A DNA stretch of 56,941 bases, filler included, from Sphacelaria rigidula (lineage: Eukaryota): assembly GCA_964200075.2 (NCBI GenBank). It is 4 parts of 4 records of this genome, joined end to end, with 100 filler letters (N's around TTAATTAATTAA, not from the genome) between each part and the next. Parts side by side here need not be neighbours in the genome. Positions count along the whole stretch, not along the records: positions 28,522 to 42,681 come from CAXNAA020002422.1; positions 42,782 to 56,941 come from CAXNAA020002423.1; 2 more parts are not named here. One strand, written 5' to 3'. Every line of letters begins with the position of its first letter. Position 1 is the first letter of the stretch. The position numbers and the translations under genes were made by a program. The notes beneath the pieces are model-generated. The model had not been told where the DNA came from and did not search any database. It worked only from the letters and a program-made list of their open reading frames with translations. Positions 34,296-47,518 of this stretch are shown in pieces.

Positions 34296-36836
34296 ATGGA
34301 GCCAAATAATAGCCCAATTTTTTCGAGGAAACCTAGATATACGCCCAAAGCTGTGGGTCTACTGCACAGTTATGCGAACCTAGCATACCTTGTGGTTCTA
34401 CCTAGAACCAGCCAGGCCCACGGGTCCGCCTAAAGGAAACTTCCAGCCATTAGGAAAGTTCTTCAGGTGACAGCTAGCCTGCTCTAGGAGACTTGTCTAT
34501 CTGTCTGTGTTCCTTGGGAGCCACGGAGCTACGTGTACGCTCCGAGCTCAAAGCCAACACACACGGCAGCATCAAGCACATTCTGTGAGCTCAACTATGC
34601 ACCATACTACGAGCACATTCGGTGAGCTTGATTGGTTTGTGGCCTGGCTTTTGTCCGAGACGCTGTGCGAGTCAACACTGTTGCCATCCCGTCTCTCACT
34701 CTACTTGCTCGCCCTCTTCTGGGATCTTCCCTGTCAGGTCTTCTGAGTTTTGCCGTGTCCTCAGTGCACCGTCATAGTTTAATTGACAGAGTGATTTGCC
34801 GTCTCATAGAGGCGAGGGCTCATAACCCTCTTACGTTATTCTATTGTTGTGTGCAAACCTTCATTATTTTCAGACGAATCGTCATTCGTCCGACCCTTGA
34901 AAAACTCTTCAGTTGAGGTTCAGCTTCGAAGAGGAGGGTCACGGCGAGGACTGCACGGACTGCGCACCAAACTTGAGGGCGACTCCTGAAGATGTAATAT
35001 AAGCACAGTGACGCAGTGTCCCATACGGATCAGTAGCCTGACCAACCCCGTCAAGATCTCTTACGACAATTGTATTGCATCGCTACTGAAGGTGCACTTC
35101 GAGGGAGCGCGCCATGGGGACATGAAGTAAAACATGGCCCAAACGTGCGCATACACCAGGTGGGTGGGAGATGCAGCAAAGGGAGTAAGTAGTACGTGGA
35201 GTATGGAGTACGAGTCGTCTATTCAGCATCTGCGAGGCAGTGCCTGCCAACAAACTCAGAAAAACACACCTGGTCGCCAAAAGACAGTCCCCACTGATCC
35301 AAAGGGCTCAGCAAAGCGAAGCCAGAGGGGCCGGTAGAGGTTATATGATGAAAGATGGATGTGCTGCGCAAAGGTTATGACGTACACTGTATACGCCATA
35401 ACCTTTAGTGCTGGGAAACTCGAAACTCGTTCTGTACTTGAACATTTGCTCCAATGTTCTGACCCGCGTGCACGATGTGAGAAATCCCCGCATGAATTCA
35501 GCTCGCACAGACATCAAGCACACACCCATCCACCACTCCTCCAGTGAAAAGCAGAGCCGGAGAAAGAAGACAGCCGCAGAGAGTGCTGTCTACGCTCAAA
35601 TGAAAGTTTCAATCCTCGTGGAAATGGGATGATTATCGTGCTCGATCCAGGTTACCGTCCGATTCGTGAGTACGCGTTTGCCGTTCTCCCGGCCTGACAT
35701 CGAAGGGACAACGAATGAGGCTTAATGAGAGATGAGTGTGCGGACCGCGGGCTCTTTGGACCGCATCGAAGTTCCAACACCCCTTTGGGTAGGGTTAGTG
35801 TTAGATATACTGGTTGACTGCTGAGCTACTCAGCCAACAGCCAAACGAACTATATCAATTCCGCCGCACGAACTCGTTCGAGTCGAGAAAAAATGATAAG
35901 ACATGGCCTTTACAATAGACGTGCCTGGCGACTGATCAACTTGCTGCTTTTGGACGCTTGTTGTCTCATCTCTCGCTTCTCCTGCTGTCTTGACTAAACA
36001 CGGCCTGGGACACTACTTGAAGTAGTTTGACTCCTGCACGTCCATCTCCCCTACTAGCTGACTGAGCCTCGATTGCGAATGAAGGCAAGCAAAGCAGGCC
36101 TTTTAAATCACGATAATATGGTTGGCATACCGTTCGGAATCTGGGGGTGCGTCCTAGTAGGCGCCTCCGTAGTACGTATAGTGTGCGGACCGCGTGCTTT
36201 TTTTACCGCATCAGAGTTCAAAACACCACGGGAACGGCGTTTTTCAATACCGTTCGGGCCATTCCTTGCAGGCACCGCATCCCTGACCCTTATCGTCACA
36301 GTAACCCTAACAAAAGTCAAGTTCGGTGGGTTCGTCGCATATTATTCCCGAGTACTCAAAACCGAGGTTCGCCGTCCCTGTAGCCGGCGCTCAGCAGTCA
36401 ACCAGTATATCTGGCATGTCAGCAGCCATGTCCCTCACATCTTGGCAATCATCCCGTTTCTGTGTACCAGGTACGCGGGGAAGGTGCAGTTTCCTTTGTG
36501 CATGACGACGACCCACGCGTTCACCGACCGACTGCGCCCGGCGGCAACGGTACGCTTGGCCTGGACACCGCCGCTACTTCATAGTCTCGGGCACTCGTTC
36601 CCCGTAAGGGTTGTAGAAGATGCACTACAGCCTTCAGTGCCAACAATGCAGATGGTGCTAGTTTCGAGGATGATACAGAGGCCGAACTTGGGGCCACGAG
36701 CGAATCGTCCAGGCATCCCCAACGGCAAACGCTGGTGAACTTGAAGGTTTCACGATGAGGTGGGCAAAAAGGAGGACCTACTGTTACACAGCTCAAAGAA
36801 GTTGTGATGAGAGGCACTTAATACCCCTTCGACAGC

Positions 36837-37138
36837 TAGCAATGTTTCCGTGAAATTGAGAGTAGAGCGTTGATTGAGAGTGAATTTCGTCATTCGCTTT
36901 AACTTTACCAATTTCTCCTTCTGTGTGCACTTTTCTTTGCCCGCAACACTGGCGTGTGCTCACAGCTACACGTCGATATCATACTCAGGGATATCAAAAG
37001 CTTTAATGGCGAGCTACTACCGAAAGCGTATCGGGCCTCGTGGAGGGGCATTTCGGAACTGAAACTATTCATTAATTAGTTGACCGCTTCTCACTCTCTT
37101 TGGTATCTTCTGCTCTCAATCTCACGAGAACATTGTTA
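36837..37138. mobile_element. MITE family M1, copy 3
   Basis: TAGCAATGTTTCCGTGAAATTGAGAG ... CTCTCAATCTCACGAGAACATTGTTA. Confidence 0.8.
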
Positions 37139-38440
37139 GCTGCGGTTTTCGACCTTCCGACAGGAGCAGTGATGCCGACGCAAAAAAATGTACTACCGAT
37201 ATTTTCCAAGAGGGGTTGGGTTCATAACGGCGAAGGGAAGACAATCAATGCATGGCGTGTTGTTGAGTGTACCCACGCCTTCATCCTTCTGTTTTCAGAC
37301 GTTGTACACATCCATCGTTTATGTACACGGGTACTACTCTGCAGTATTGCTGATATGAATACGTCCGATGAAGGTTGTGCGCCGTGTCGACAGACCTGGC
37401 GACACGTATGCCCTCACGTTGTTACCGCCTGCAAAGTAGACTGGTGCTTGCTTTGCCCTCGGCTCTCGGTCGGCAAGACAAGATGATCAACACAAAAAAG
37501 CGTGGGGGGCATATTCCCGCTGATACTACCCGCATCGCATCTCCGAGCGCCTTTCGCACAGACATTTCGATATCGCTCTGGACCTACCCGTTGAGCTTCG
37601 CGAAACTGTTTACAGGCGGGGCGAGTCCATCGAGAAATCGCTTCTGTACCCACAGGTGAACGGGCAGAAGATGCCCTGGCTCTCAAAATGCACGCATGGA
37701 TGGCACAAACACTTCACCTCTGCTAGATAGAAAATCTTATATCTCGAACAGAAATTTTCCCCGGAGCGACACGTCATTGCACGGACATCCCCTGTAGTAC
37801 TGCACTTGTACGACATTTCCATGACAAGTCTGAAGGAATTTCGTGTGAAGGACGCGCCGCCCGATAAGTGCACCAATCATCGTCAGCGCTGCTCATTAAC
37901 GCCGGAAAGAGATATCGGTGTGTCCTCGAACACGTGATTGTACGTCCGCGTTTGGCTTTATCGCAAAGAAACCGTGCCCCGGCCAAAGTAAAAAGCGAAA
38001 GCCAGGAGTTCCCTTCATGTCGCGGTGATGGTGGGTCAAATGGCTGCCCGCTTCTCGACTTATGAGCTCCGAGTCCGTGACCGGCTAGTAGTGTGCGAGT
38101 AGTCCCCTCCCTGCGGTGGCATCTGCTGAAGGCCAACGTAGTCTTTGCTTTGGCCTTCGCAAACACGATTCTGCCATACTCCAGACGGTGACGCACCAGC
38201 AGGCGCTCACACTGGAAAAGAAGACAAGACTCGGCCACTGGTCGGAGATGACATATCAGCACATGTATTTGCCATATTCCAGGAGGCGGTCTGATTTCCC
38301 ACACTTGATGCAATGGACGTTGGATGAGTTTAGGACCCCTATGACGTCGCTGGCGATGCACCGTGCATGAGTTTGAATACACAGGCCTCACAGCAAACCC
38401 TCGAGCTCTCTCTTGTGCGGCTGCATCTAGGACACCGGTA

Positions 38441-38512
38441 TCATCCATACACAAGGCCGGCAAAATAGTAGCGTATCACGAAGCCGAATGCGCACGCCGC
38501 TGCTTGCAGCGC
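38441..38512 (-). CDS. DPAGT1: UDP-GlcNAc:dolichyl-phosphate GlcNAc-1-P transferase, last exon
   Basis: CAG|ALQAAACAFGFVIRYYFAGLVYG*, a typical DPAGT1/ALG7 C-terminus, phase 0. Confidence 0.85.
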   Translation of the reverse strand, partial: ALQAAACAFGFVIRYYFAGLVYG

Positions 38513-38996
38513 CTGTATTCCCGTGTTGGGATAAAGGACACAATCACGACAAGTCGACAAGCAGACAAACAGAAGATGTGAGCACGGGTTCGTGTGTCTG
38601 CACATACTTTCAGCAGGGCAAGCTCAGGCATCCAACCTACACGAGCTGTGGGCTTTCGTCACATTCGGTATACTTCCGCCCAGCACGCGCATATTTTATT
38701 TTCATCATACTCGCCTTTCAAATGTGCAACCTAAATAATATATGCACTAGTGTTATCATCGGCTGTGCATAACGTCGCGGTGAGCACACTCAACTATGAA
38801 CTTCGAACTACAAAGCTAAAAGGAGGGCGACGTACTGATCGAGGAAATTATCAAGAGCCAAAACAAACCATTACTCACAGCAGACTTGGGGTAGAATGCA
38901 ACTCGGTTGAATTATCGCGGATACTCCCACGAAGTTTTGATACCAAGCGTGGTGGGGACAAGTCAACCGAACGATCTGGTGAATGTCGATTCTTAC

Positions 38997-39085
38997 CAGT
39001 AACACGGTGCACAGAGTCCTCTCTCGCTTGGGTCCTAGGATGTGCAGCACCAGGTTGATGAGCGTAAAGTTGATCAGTTCACCGT
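38997..39085 (-). CDS. DPAGT1: DPAGT1/ALG7 exon
   Basis: GELINFTLINLVLHILGPKRERTLCTVLL|GTAAGA. Confidence 0.9.
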
Positions 39086-39609
39086 CTTCAAAACAACCGA
39101 AAAAGGGCATGAAAGACAGCAATGCACAGCACGAGGACCAGCAACAACGAAAGCAAGGTACATACACGGTCAACAGATGCACCCTTCCCCACCAGCTGGT
39201 GAAGGCCACCCCAATGAGGGAATCGGTCGCTAGGTACCCGGTTCCCTTTCAGGGGTATTCCAACCAAGGAAAACGGTCACAACACACACCGTCTGATTTC
39301 AACGACCTTCCGAGATGCGAACAAGCAATGGCGTAATGGTATACTTTCACTGGGGACAGGTACCGGCCTACGAAATACTCTTCAGCACGACCCGTTTCAA
39401 AAAACAAATCACGAAGAAAAGAGTCAATCATATAACCCGTGCGCTTTTCTGTTTAACGACATTCCCAACATGAAAACAAGCGATGGCACAAACGGACCAC
39501 TTTCATGACAGGACACGCAGAAAATTGCGAGACATCAGTTACTCCTACGGTACACGGTCTGCTTCGCAGGACAAACCAACAGGGGGGGAAGAAACAATCG
39601 TTTACACAC

Positions 39610-39698
39610 CCGGTCCGCTTCGAAGCACATCCAAACAGGGGTGACCCCCCCGATGCGGCATCGTCGAAGGTTCAAGCAACCCCGTCTCCGTGTTGATC
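39610..39698 (-). CDS. DPAGT1: DPAGT1/ALG7 exon
   Basis: INTETGLLEPSTMPHRGGHPCLDVLRSGP; phases 2 and 1 fit both neighbours. Confidence 0.8.
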
Positions 39699-40120
39699 CT
39701 TGAACAGATGCACAGAGAACAATACAAAAAGAAAAGTTGGATAGGAGGGAGAGTCTGCGCGCAAAGAGTGACAAGCCAAAAAATAGAATGGTGGACACAA
39801 GGGGGGCATATCAAGTTGAATCTGTTCTTGAGTCTGCGTCGAAGGAACGTAGTCCATGTATGAGGCGCGTACGGCTTTATTTCATCACCAGGTACTGCAG
39901 CTTTTGGAAAAATACGCTCACTGTGTACCGGAGATGGCACATGTATCCAACATACCTCGGCATGCTGACACACTGAAAAATAAGGAATGCGGCACACCAC
40001 GCAGGGAGTACGAGTACAATGCAGGCGCACACAACATCACAGACGTCAACCATTGCCTGCAGTCACAACCCCTCGCTTAGTCAGCGCTTTTTTTAACACA
40101 ACCTGTTCACAACGGCTCAC

Positions 40121-40191
40121 CTGGGCAAGCGATGTCGTGGACATGGTAAGAGCTTGAACAGCTGAGGGACCGAGAAAATGAAGTTAAAAAC
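40121..40191 (-). CDS. DPAGT1: DPAGT1/ALG7 exon
   Basis: [29 protein letters not shown] (conserved PCPRHRLP motif). Confidence 0.93.
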
Positions 40192-40921
40192 CTGCGTTAT
40201 GTGTGTGTGCGGAGCCGTTAGTTCCAGGGATATCCAGGGATACCACGCACATCAGTTTGGCATCAAGCCATACAGGAGAATACGGGGAATGACCGAGTTG
40301 CGGTATCAGCAAACACTCAACGAAACGTCTACAGTACTCGAGCGGACGATACAAGGTACCCCTCTTCCCGGCGTAGCCGCTAAACCTCGATGTACCAACT
40401 GACAGCAATACACACACATTCGCCATAATCTGGGAAGGGTGGACAGTACCAATGTACCCGCAGCGGAAACACGAGATTGGAGAAGAACGAAGGGGAATGG
40501 CCTTGGATGAATCACTGATGAAAAACAAAACGCAGACGGTCTCGATGCATCCGGAAGAGGGGAGTTTGACCCAGTTCGGATCCGAATTCCGATGATTGAA
40601 AACCATCTATTTTCTATCAAGCCTTAACCCTTACTCTAAGCTGAGGTAGACGGAGCTTCCTCGGGCAAGGAGAGTGTACACAGTGCCCTGGGCAAACCGT
40701 GGTTTGTTCCGAGTCAAAAACCGTGCGGTCTATGCTGCACAGACGGTGGGGCGAGCGCTTCAGATAATGTGATTCCTATGAAGAATAGAACCCGCTGGTC
40801 CACATTATAACCAAGGATGTTTTCAACCATCGGATCTCGGAGCCGAAGCGGGACAAACTTTACTGACAGGTAGTAGGTCGGTCCTCAGATGCGAAGTAAG
40901 TTTCACAGTTAGTACTAGTAC

Positions 40922-41039
40922 CTGTGGCAAAAACATGAGGATGAGGGTTTTGCTGAAGTGTCCGTGGATCCCTACAACCGCAAAGGTCATGCCGGCAAAA
41001 TAGCAGTATGTATCTCCCACGAACACCTCGGCGGGATAC
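40922..41039 (-). CDS. DPAGT1: DPAGT1/ALG7 exon (catalytic FVGD motif); the 5' exons were not found in this contig
   Basis: [39 protein letters not shown], bounded by AG/GT. Confidence 0.95.
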
Positions 41040-42681
41040 CTGGTAATCAAGCGGCGTGGAGCAGAATATCGATGGGCGGGGGTGGGGGAGTAGGGGACGA
41101 TCACATCGTCGTAACATTGCGCGCTCGTATAAAAAAAAAGTTATGCGGCAACTTGACCAGTACTACTACATTAATGCGGAAGTATCAGGGAGAACAAAAG
41201 TGTATTTTGAAACCACGTTTCACTGTGTTCATCTCTTAGTGCGTCGCGCTTCCAAACCACAAGTGTTCGGAGGCATGTGAATAGATAGACGCACACGACG
41301 GTAATTAAGGCGTGACTGGGTGTCGTTGGAGAACTCGGAATTGCAGCTGTCCGAAGATATTTTTCTTGCATTTTGCGAAGACGTGCTACACTCGAGGCGA
41401 ATGAATAGAAAGGGGGCGCCAAAATGGGTTGTCTGCGCTAGCATATAATTTGAGAACATATTTTGCGGAGCCAGCATGCAGGGTCAGTTCCTTTGCAAAC
41501 TCTGTCTCATGACTCAAATGTCTGATGTTTCGTGAGCTAAAAAGCGCTGTTTCTCAGACGCGTGGTTCAAAGAATGGCTGCACGGTACTATATTGATTTT
41601 TCCTCGGTATCGTTGCGGTACACGGTGTGCGTTACCTGTAGAACGCGGCACGATATTGGGCTGTGTTGTGCTATCTTGATAACATGTGTAAGCGTTATTA
41701 TGCAATTCTAGATTTTCCGAAATGAGGGTACGGGACCTGAGCGGTAAAAGCATATCGCGGGTTACCGCGGTCGTCGGATACCTCCGACCTGCAGACTCTA
41801 GCCACCATTGTTACCTTGGTTACATACACGAATGCAACTGGGACAATGTGAACTAGGCACGGTTACGGCTGGTCGACAGATAGGAGGTCTTGGAGTATGA
41901 TCGATGGACTCGGTGAGTGCTTCACATCGTTTCACTGAAGTTGTCTGTCCATTCCGTGGGAGAGGCTGGGATGCGGCTCTCCAGTATAATGAACAGCCAA
42001 TGGTTAAGATATGAACATCTAAAGTTGCTGAAGTCTACGCGCCCATGATGGGATCCACGTAGCTCCCCGACATTGAGTGCAGAACTCTGCAATGAACGTT
42101 TATTAGGTCCGCCGAAAAACGGCTGACACATCAAGACGAGTATAGGTTTGCAGCCTCTGATCCCCTCGCAGCAAACAAAACCAGCTCATGCGTGACTACG
42201 TCGGGAAAGGCTCCGCTCCTGCCGAGCCAAGGAGATTCTGAGATAGTGTTATGGCGGGCTGCGGTATCGCTGGCGCGAAAGGCGCGGGAGGGGTGATCAA
42301 CAGCTGGGTTGCCCCGATAGGCTACCAAAAACGCGGCGCAATCACTGCGTGCGTGAGATGGGAGGATCGCACGAGGGCTGCTTCGAGGTCGGCCAGCCGC
42401 GGCAGAGAAGAGGAGTCGAAGAAGGTCGAGACGTGATGAGAACTAGGTGCGGAAGAGGTGCTGTGACCGTCGTTGTTTGGTGACAAGCGCGTCTTGGTGC
42501 ACGAGGGAGAGTTATTTCTGTGAATGGGGACTAGGTACGATTTCCGAAACGCTGTCGGGATGCAGCAATATGTCGCCATCGATGGTCATGTTGTTGGTGT
42601 ACGGGTACTGGATGTGTGTGTTGTGTGTGTCGTCGTCCCATCTATTCTGGGCGCCGGTCTACACGTTTCGGTATATGAGAT

Positions 42682-42781
42682 NNNNNNNNNNNNNNNNNNN
42701 NNNNNNNNNNNNNNNNNNNNNNNNNTTAATTAATTAANNNNNNNNNNNNNNNNNNNNNNNNNNNNNNNNNNNNNNNNNNNN
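42682..42781. other. Artificial contig linker
   Basis: N44-TTAATTAATTAA-N44. Confidence 0.97.
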
Positions 42782-42890
42782 TTCAAAATACCGGATTGGG
42801 TCGGTATCGGTAGGGTATGAGATGTCCCAAATACCGGTACCGGGTACCCACCTTACCTACGGTGCCTGTGCAACCTTTGACCTCGCCACA

Positions 42891-43022
42891 TCACGCACGG
42901 CCACCTTTGAACCGAACACCAAAAAGCGAAATCTCGCACAACAATCTTTCGATCGCTTCAGGAAAGAACACGGTGGACACGTGTAACTCAATGTCCGTCG
43001 TGCGAAAAGTCTCGATTAAAAC
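42891..43022 (-). CDS. Candidate terminal exon of the MSS51/ZMYND15-like gene
   Basis: AAG|VLIETFRTTDIELHVSTVFFPEAIERLLCEISLFGVRFKGGRA*, phase 0. Confidence 0.45.
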   Translation of the reverse strand, partial: VLIETFRTTDIELHVSTVFFPEAIERLLCEISLFGVRFKGGRA

Positions 43023-43685
43023 CTTGTGGGCACGTTTCCGAAAAAATAAATAAAAACACAAAATACTACACCACAGACACAGGCAGAGGCAAGCAAGGCT
43101 ACACACACGCCGTTCCCGCATCCAGCACTCGCGTATTTCTGCGTTGGTACATCACGGCCAAAACGGTTCGTCGTTAGGCTGAGTGTGTTTTTGTACATAT
43201 AGGTACAACAGTCAATGATTTTTCGTGACCTTGCAACATGCTGCGCTGGTGCGTACGGAAGTCTTATGTTTTTTGCTCGTATTGACCGTAGCCATCGAAG
43301 CGTGCTTTTCATTTAAGCCCATCCCGCCACCAAAACCCATGCTTGACCCTAATCGTAACGCCGACCCCAAATCTCAACCCAAGGGAAACCGAGAGGCCTT
43401 GGGCAGAAGGAGGTGCAGGGGATAGTGAGTGCCTTCCGCGAATTCTGCATTGGCAGAGTTCAGATTCTACATCAAAACACGCCTGCCGCGCACACGGGTA
43501 GGGCCTTAGGTAACTAGTCGGCCTCTCAGAGATCCCAATGTCGAGGTACACACGAAAACCAAGCACAATTCAGCCACGGAGTGTTTTAGCGAGGGTGCAA
43601 AGTAGCGTCTTGTTGACTATACCGTAGCCATCTGTGTGCAACACGCACCACCGGTAGCAGAGTCTGGTTCAGCAAGCGAGCTCAC

Positions 43686-43748
43686 GCGTGGGCAGTCAGA
43701 TGGCCGTTGTCCCCTTGCGATTATCCCAGACGAGTTTGCCCTGATCGT
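43686..43748 (-). CDS. Exon of the MSS51/ZMYND15-like gene
   Basis: TCTCAG|TIRANSSGIIARGQRPSDCPR|GTGAGC, with an alternative donor after 43649. Confidence 0.5.
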
Positions 43749-43993
43749 CTGAGACACAGCCACGGCAGGACAGACAGACAGAGCGGTGTGCGTGCATTGT
43801 CAGTTTCACGTTAGGGAGAGGAGGGAGGAGCAGACGGGGGGGTTGGACACAAATTGAAATTTTCCGTCTCACCAAAAAACATGCAATTCTTCATTGAGTT
43901 CGCAGTTCACTGTACATGTACAGGCTGGGCCGCCTAAGAAGCGGACTTTCCTTCGGCCGGTTCTAACTGGCGATGCATCGCGAGTTGTGCCTA

Positions 43994-44531
43994 CAGTAGT
44001 GGGCGGTCTAACTATTCAGGGGCGTTTGGGGGTTTTCCTCGCGTACTACTCTTCGATAGAAGTCGAAATTACTAGCGGCGGTAGGTTTTGGTACAACACA
44101 ACAGATCATCCTCGAAACACGGTGCCCAAGTCAGTGTATGTTGGTGTTATCGGGCGAAACGATAAAATACCCCGCTCATCAGGAGGGTGTTATTGACCGT
44201 GAAACACAGCTTTTCGGCCCGAGTGCGTTGAGTAGGCAAAATATCAAAAAAATGAAACTGTACAAGTTCTTTACAAATATGATCAGGACGGGCTCGATCG
44301 ACCGAAAATACAGAGGGCTGAAACGTGGCAGGACCCCCAATGACCGGTCAGCCCGTAAGTCACTCAATATTGAGTACAGATGATTTTTTCTTCTTGGAAT
44401 GTAGGGCGTATACAACAATTTCATTACCCCGGTGTGATGAGCGGTGGCAAGCAAGAAGAGCCCAAGAAAATGGCCAATTACGAAAAAATCACAAAATGCC
44501 ACAAAATGAATGGTTAGACCGCCCACTACTG
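43994..44531. mobile_element. Tc1/mariner(pogo)-type MITE, TA TSD, 24-bp TIR
   Basis: TA|CAGTAGTGGGCGGTCTAACTATTC ... GAATGGTTAGACCGCCCACTACTG|TA. A related body lies at ~54540-54850. Confidence 0.88.
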
Positions 44532-44934
44532 TACTATGACACACCGTGGTAATCTGCAAATCAAGGCGCGTATTTTACTTCATGTAGCATTTCGATCTGA
44601 CATGTTCCCATCAAACGAAACGCCAAACTGTAGTCAGGTGCAAAGTGTAGAGAGTTGGGGGTGGCATATGCAGCAGAATTAGGGGGAAAACGGCTGAAAA
44701 AGCATTTTCGGTTACAGTCGGTTGTGCGGCGGCGCAAAGTGGTGGTGCTGCACAAGTTGTGATTGTACACAACGCATATCGTACTATGGGCGCGCAGTGT
44801 CTGAGATGGCACGCAGACGAGGCCTTTAACGCGCCAAGGCGTCTGGTACTGGTGTGCGAAGTGGCGAGCAGTGGGTGAAAAAAAGCTTGTAGTCAAGTCA
44901 ACCGGTTCTTAACAGAAAAGCGCGATTGCGCTGA

Positions 44935-45500
44935 TCAATTTTGAGTCGTTTGGTATGAAATTTTGACACGATGAAGCCCCTACCGTTTCCCGCCTCACTT
45001 TCTTTTCCTCGTGTTATTGGTTATCTAAACTTCGCAACAATTTTCCATGGTACATAAGCGTCGACAACTCATTGAAAAAAAAAAAGTTCAGGAGGGACAA
45101 TAGGGACTTTACAACATACCTCATGCACATCGTGTCAAAATTCGTGGAAAATTACATGAAGTTGAACAGCATGACCGCGTTTCATTTTTTCGCGGCTGGT
45201 CCATCTCCACATAGGAACCGGTCTTCGACACGGACACGCGATTTTGCTATTTTGTGTCGTGTTCCATGAAATTTTGACATGATGTATAGGACGTATGTGC
45301 GAAGACTCCATCTTCTGCCCCCTACTTTCTAATCTTTTTCGCCGTGAGAAGTCGGCGACCAAACATTTCAGAAAAAAAATTCGGAACAAGATCAAGAATA
45401 ATTTCCGAGAAAAAGTATGTAGGGGGCAGAATATGAAGCCTTCGTACGTACATCCTGTACATCGTGTCAAAATTTCTTAGAAAGCGACACAAAATCAAGC
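44935..45500. mobile_element. Composite double-hairpin MITE-like element
   Basis: The AAATTTTGACACGATG / CATCGTGTCAAAATT pair occurs twice. The second hairpin has ~55-bp arms (45268-45325 and 45418-45476). Confidence 0.6.
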
Positions 45501-47518
45501 TGCATAGTCACGTGTTCACACCCCTGTCCGCGTCTCGGGCGGCCCAGCCTGTATGGCACTGAAAACAAAATCGAGATTTTGGTCTGAAACGCTGCAGATC
45601 CCTCGCTCTGCTGTTTATAGCTAGACAGGACTTCTACCAACTCTCCCTTGGTGCCCATGTCATCAGTAGTAATGATTGCAGTTTTAGCAGCGGCAGCAGT
45701 AGGTCGGCTTGCTTCCTGTGCCAAGAAACCCGCGATGAAAGTACTGCAGTTGTCGAACACTGTAACCAACTGAATTGGCGACGAAGCGTGTGTTCTACTC
45801 CAAACATCTAAATAGCTCGGGACAGCTGATGACGTGTCCATTATTCCTCCACGCTATTCGCTGCATTAGCCTGGCCGCGCATTTTGGTCGTTTAGGTCCA
45901 CATTCACTGCACTAACAGTGCTTGAAATATGGCGCGCCTTGTGCACGGACGTGTGAACTTCACAGCGATGCTACAAAAAAGCTGTATGCGGACAAAGGCT
46001 GTGGCGCTCTCAGTGTGGCGGTGCCGGACCTCGAACGGTTGCGTGACTCTTGCTCTTGTGCCAGGCTCTCCGATTTTGCGGACGAAGGATTCGTCTGCCA
46101 AGCCAATCGGCCCCAACCAGTCCGATGTAGTGATCGAATACTGTACCAACTAATGACCCAATTTCTTCGCCGCGCTTCACTATACATTCTACACACCGCC
46201 GTGCCCTTCCACAGAGGCCTGTGGTTGCACTAGCGCCCGGTAGGGTACCACAAGCGGGGCAACTGAGTTGGACGAAGACGCATGTATTTTCGTCCAGCTA
46301 GATTCCCATGTTGGCGCGAAAGGTCTTCGCGGGCCTCACTCAGAAACCAAAGAATCGTTTTTCTTGTGAATTATTCTTGACTCTCGCATGCTTTTCTCCC
46401 ATTGGAACGAGGTGGGTTTTTCTCAACCCGACTCCCTAAATCTGTGGTTCAACATGACCTTTTTTGCCACGCCATGCGCCGACTCTCACCCAAATGCCAG
46501 CTCAAGACAGGCCGAGAACTCTTGAGGCAAAACGCGGGCTGAGCACGCTGGGCGAGTCCTCTGGGCTGTGAGCCCTGTAAAGGTCCCAACGTGATGCCCG
46601 ACACAGAACCAGGTATTCCACCATGAATCTTGGGAAGCCAAAGGGATTGGGGAGAAGTCCACCGGGTGAAGCCTCGCCCAGCCAACCCAATTTGTGTCGC
46701 GGGAGCTGTCAGTCAGCAAGTGATTCTTCAGTTATTGATTTTTCATTCCCGGCTGATTGTTGCGCTTCAGTTGATCCCCCAGGGAACCAAGCCACGGTCA
46801 CATGATAGCCGTGCCCGAGATGAAACAAAACGAAGACACTCGCTCAAGGGAAGTGGAGAAAACATAAGTCGATTGGATTGTCGCACATTAACTGATCATT
46901 ACTCACAAGAGGGACCCAGTCGTGGTCATTATCCACAAGATGGATGTACCCAAGGTAACCAAAACGGGAAAGCTCGCTAAAGAAAAAGAACGTAGGTGGC
47001 GGGGATATATATATATATATATACAAGAGTTTCGGCGGCTTCACCGCCACGATCAGTGGATTGACAGCCAAGATACATGAGCACCGTTATTAGCTGTGTG
47101 CGTTGCGTAAAAATAATGCCAGTTCCACAAGTGACCATCCATCACAGGTGAACCTAGTGCATTGCCACTTCAAAAACAAAAACACACAGCTCGAGCCGTA
47201 GCTGCTCATTACCTGAGCTGTGCGTGACCTTGCATTAATCTGATCAGAATTCCATGAGAAACCATAATTTGCGTAAGATGCGCACGAACCGGTAGTATTC
47301 GCGTGCGTTGCGTAATGGCACAGTTCATACTTCGAACAAAATGCCGTAGCTGCTCATCAGCTGAGCACCTTGTTTATCGTCCTCGCACCAATCTCTTGAG
47401 AATGGCAATGAGAGACGATCCGAAAAATGATGCCGACTCAATTCTTGGAAGGGTCCGAGACGTCGAGAGAGGAAATGCATCAAACGGAACGCATCGCAAC
47501 GTCATAACGCCCTGACAC

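Noticed and set aside
34391-35068. Solo LTRs (also 46443-46802 and 50820-50990)
   Set aside because: TG...CA-like ends are suggestive, but no TSD or second copy could be confirmed by eye.
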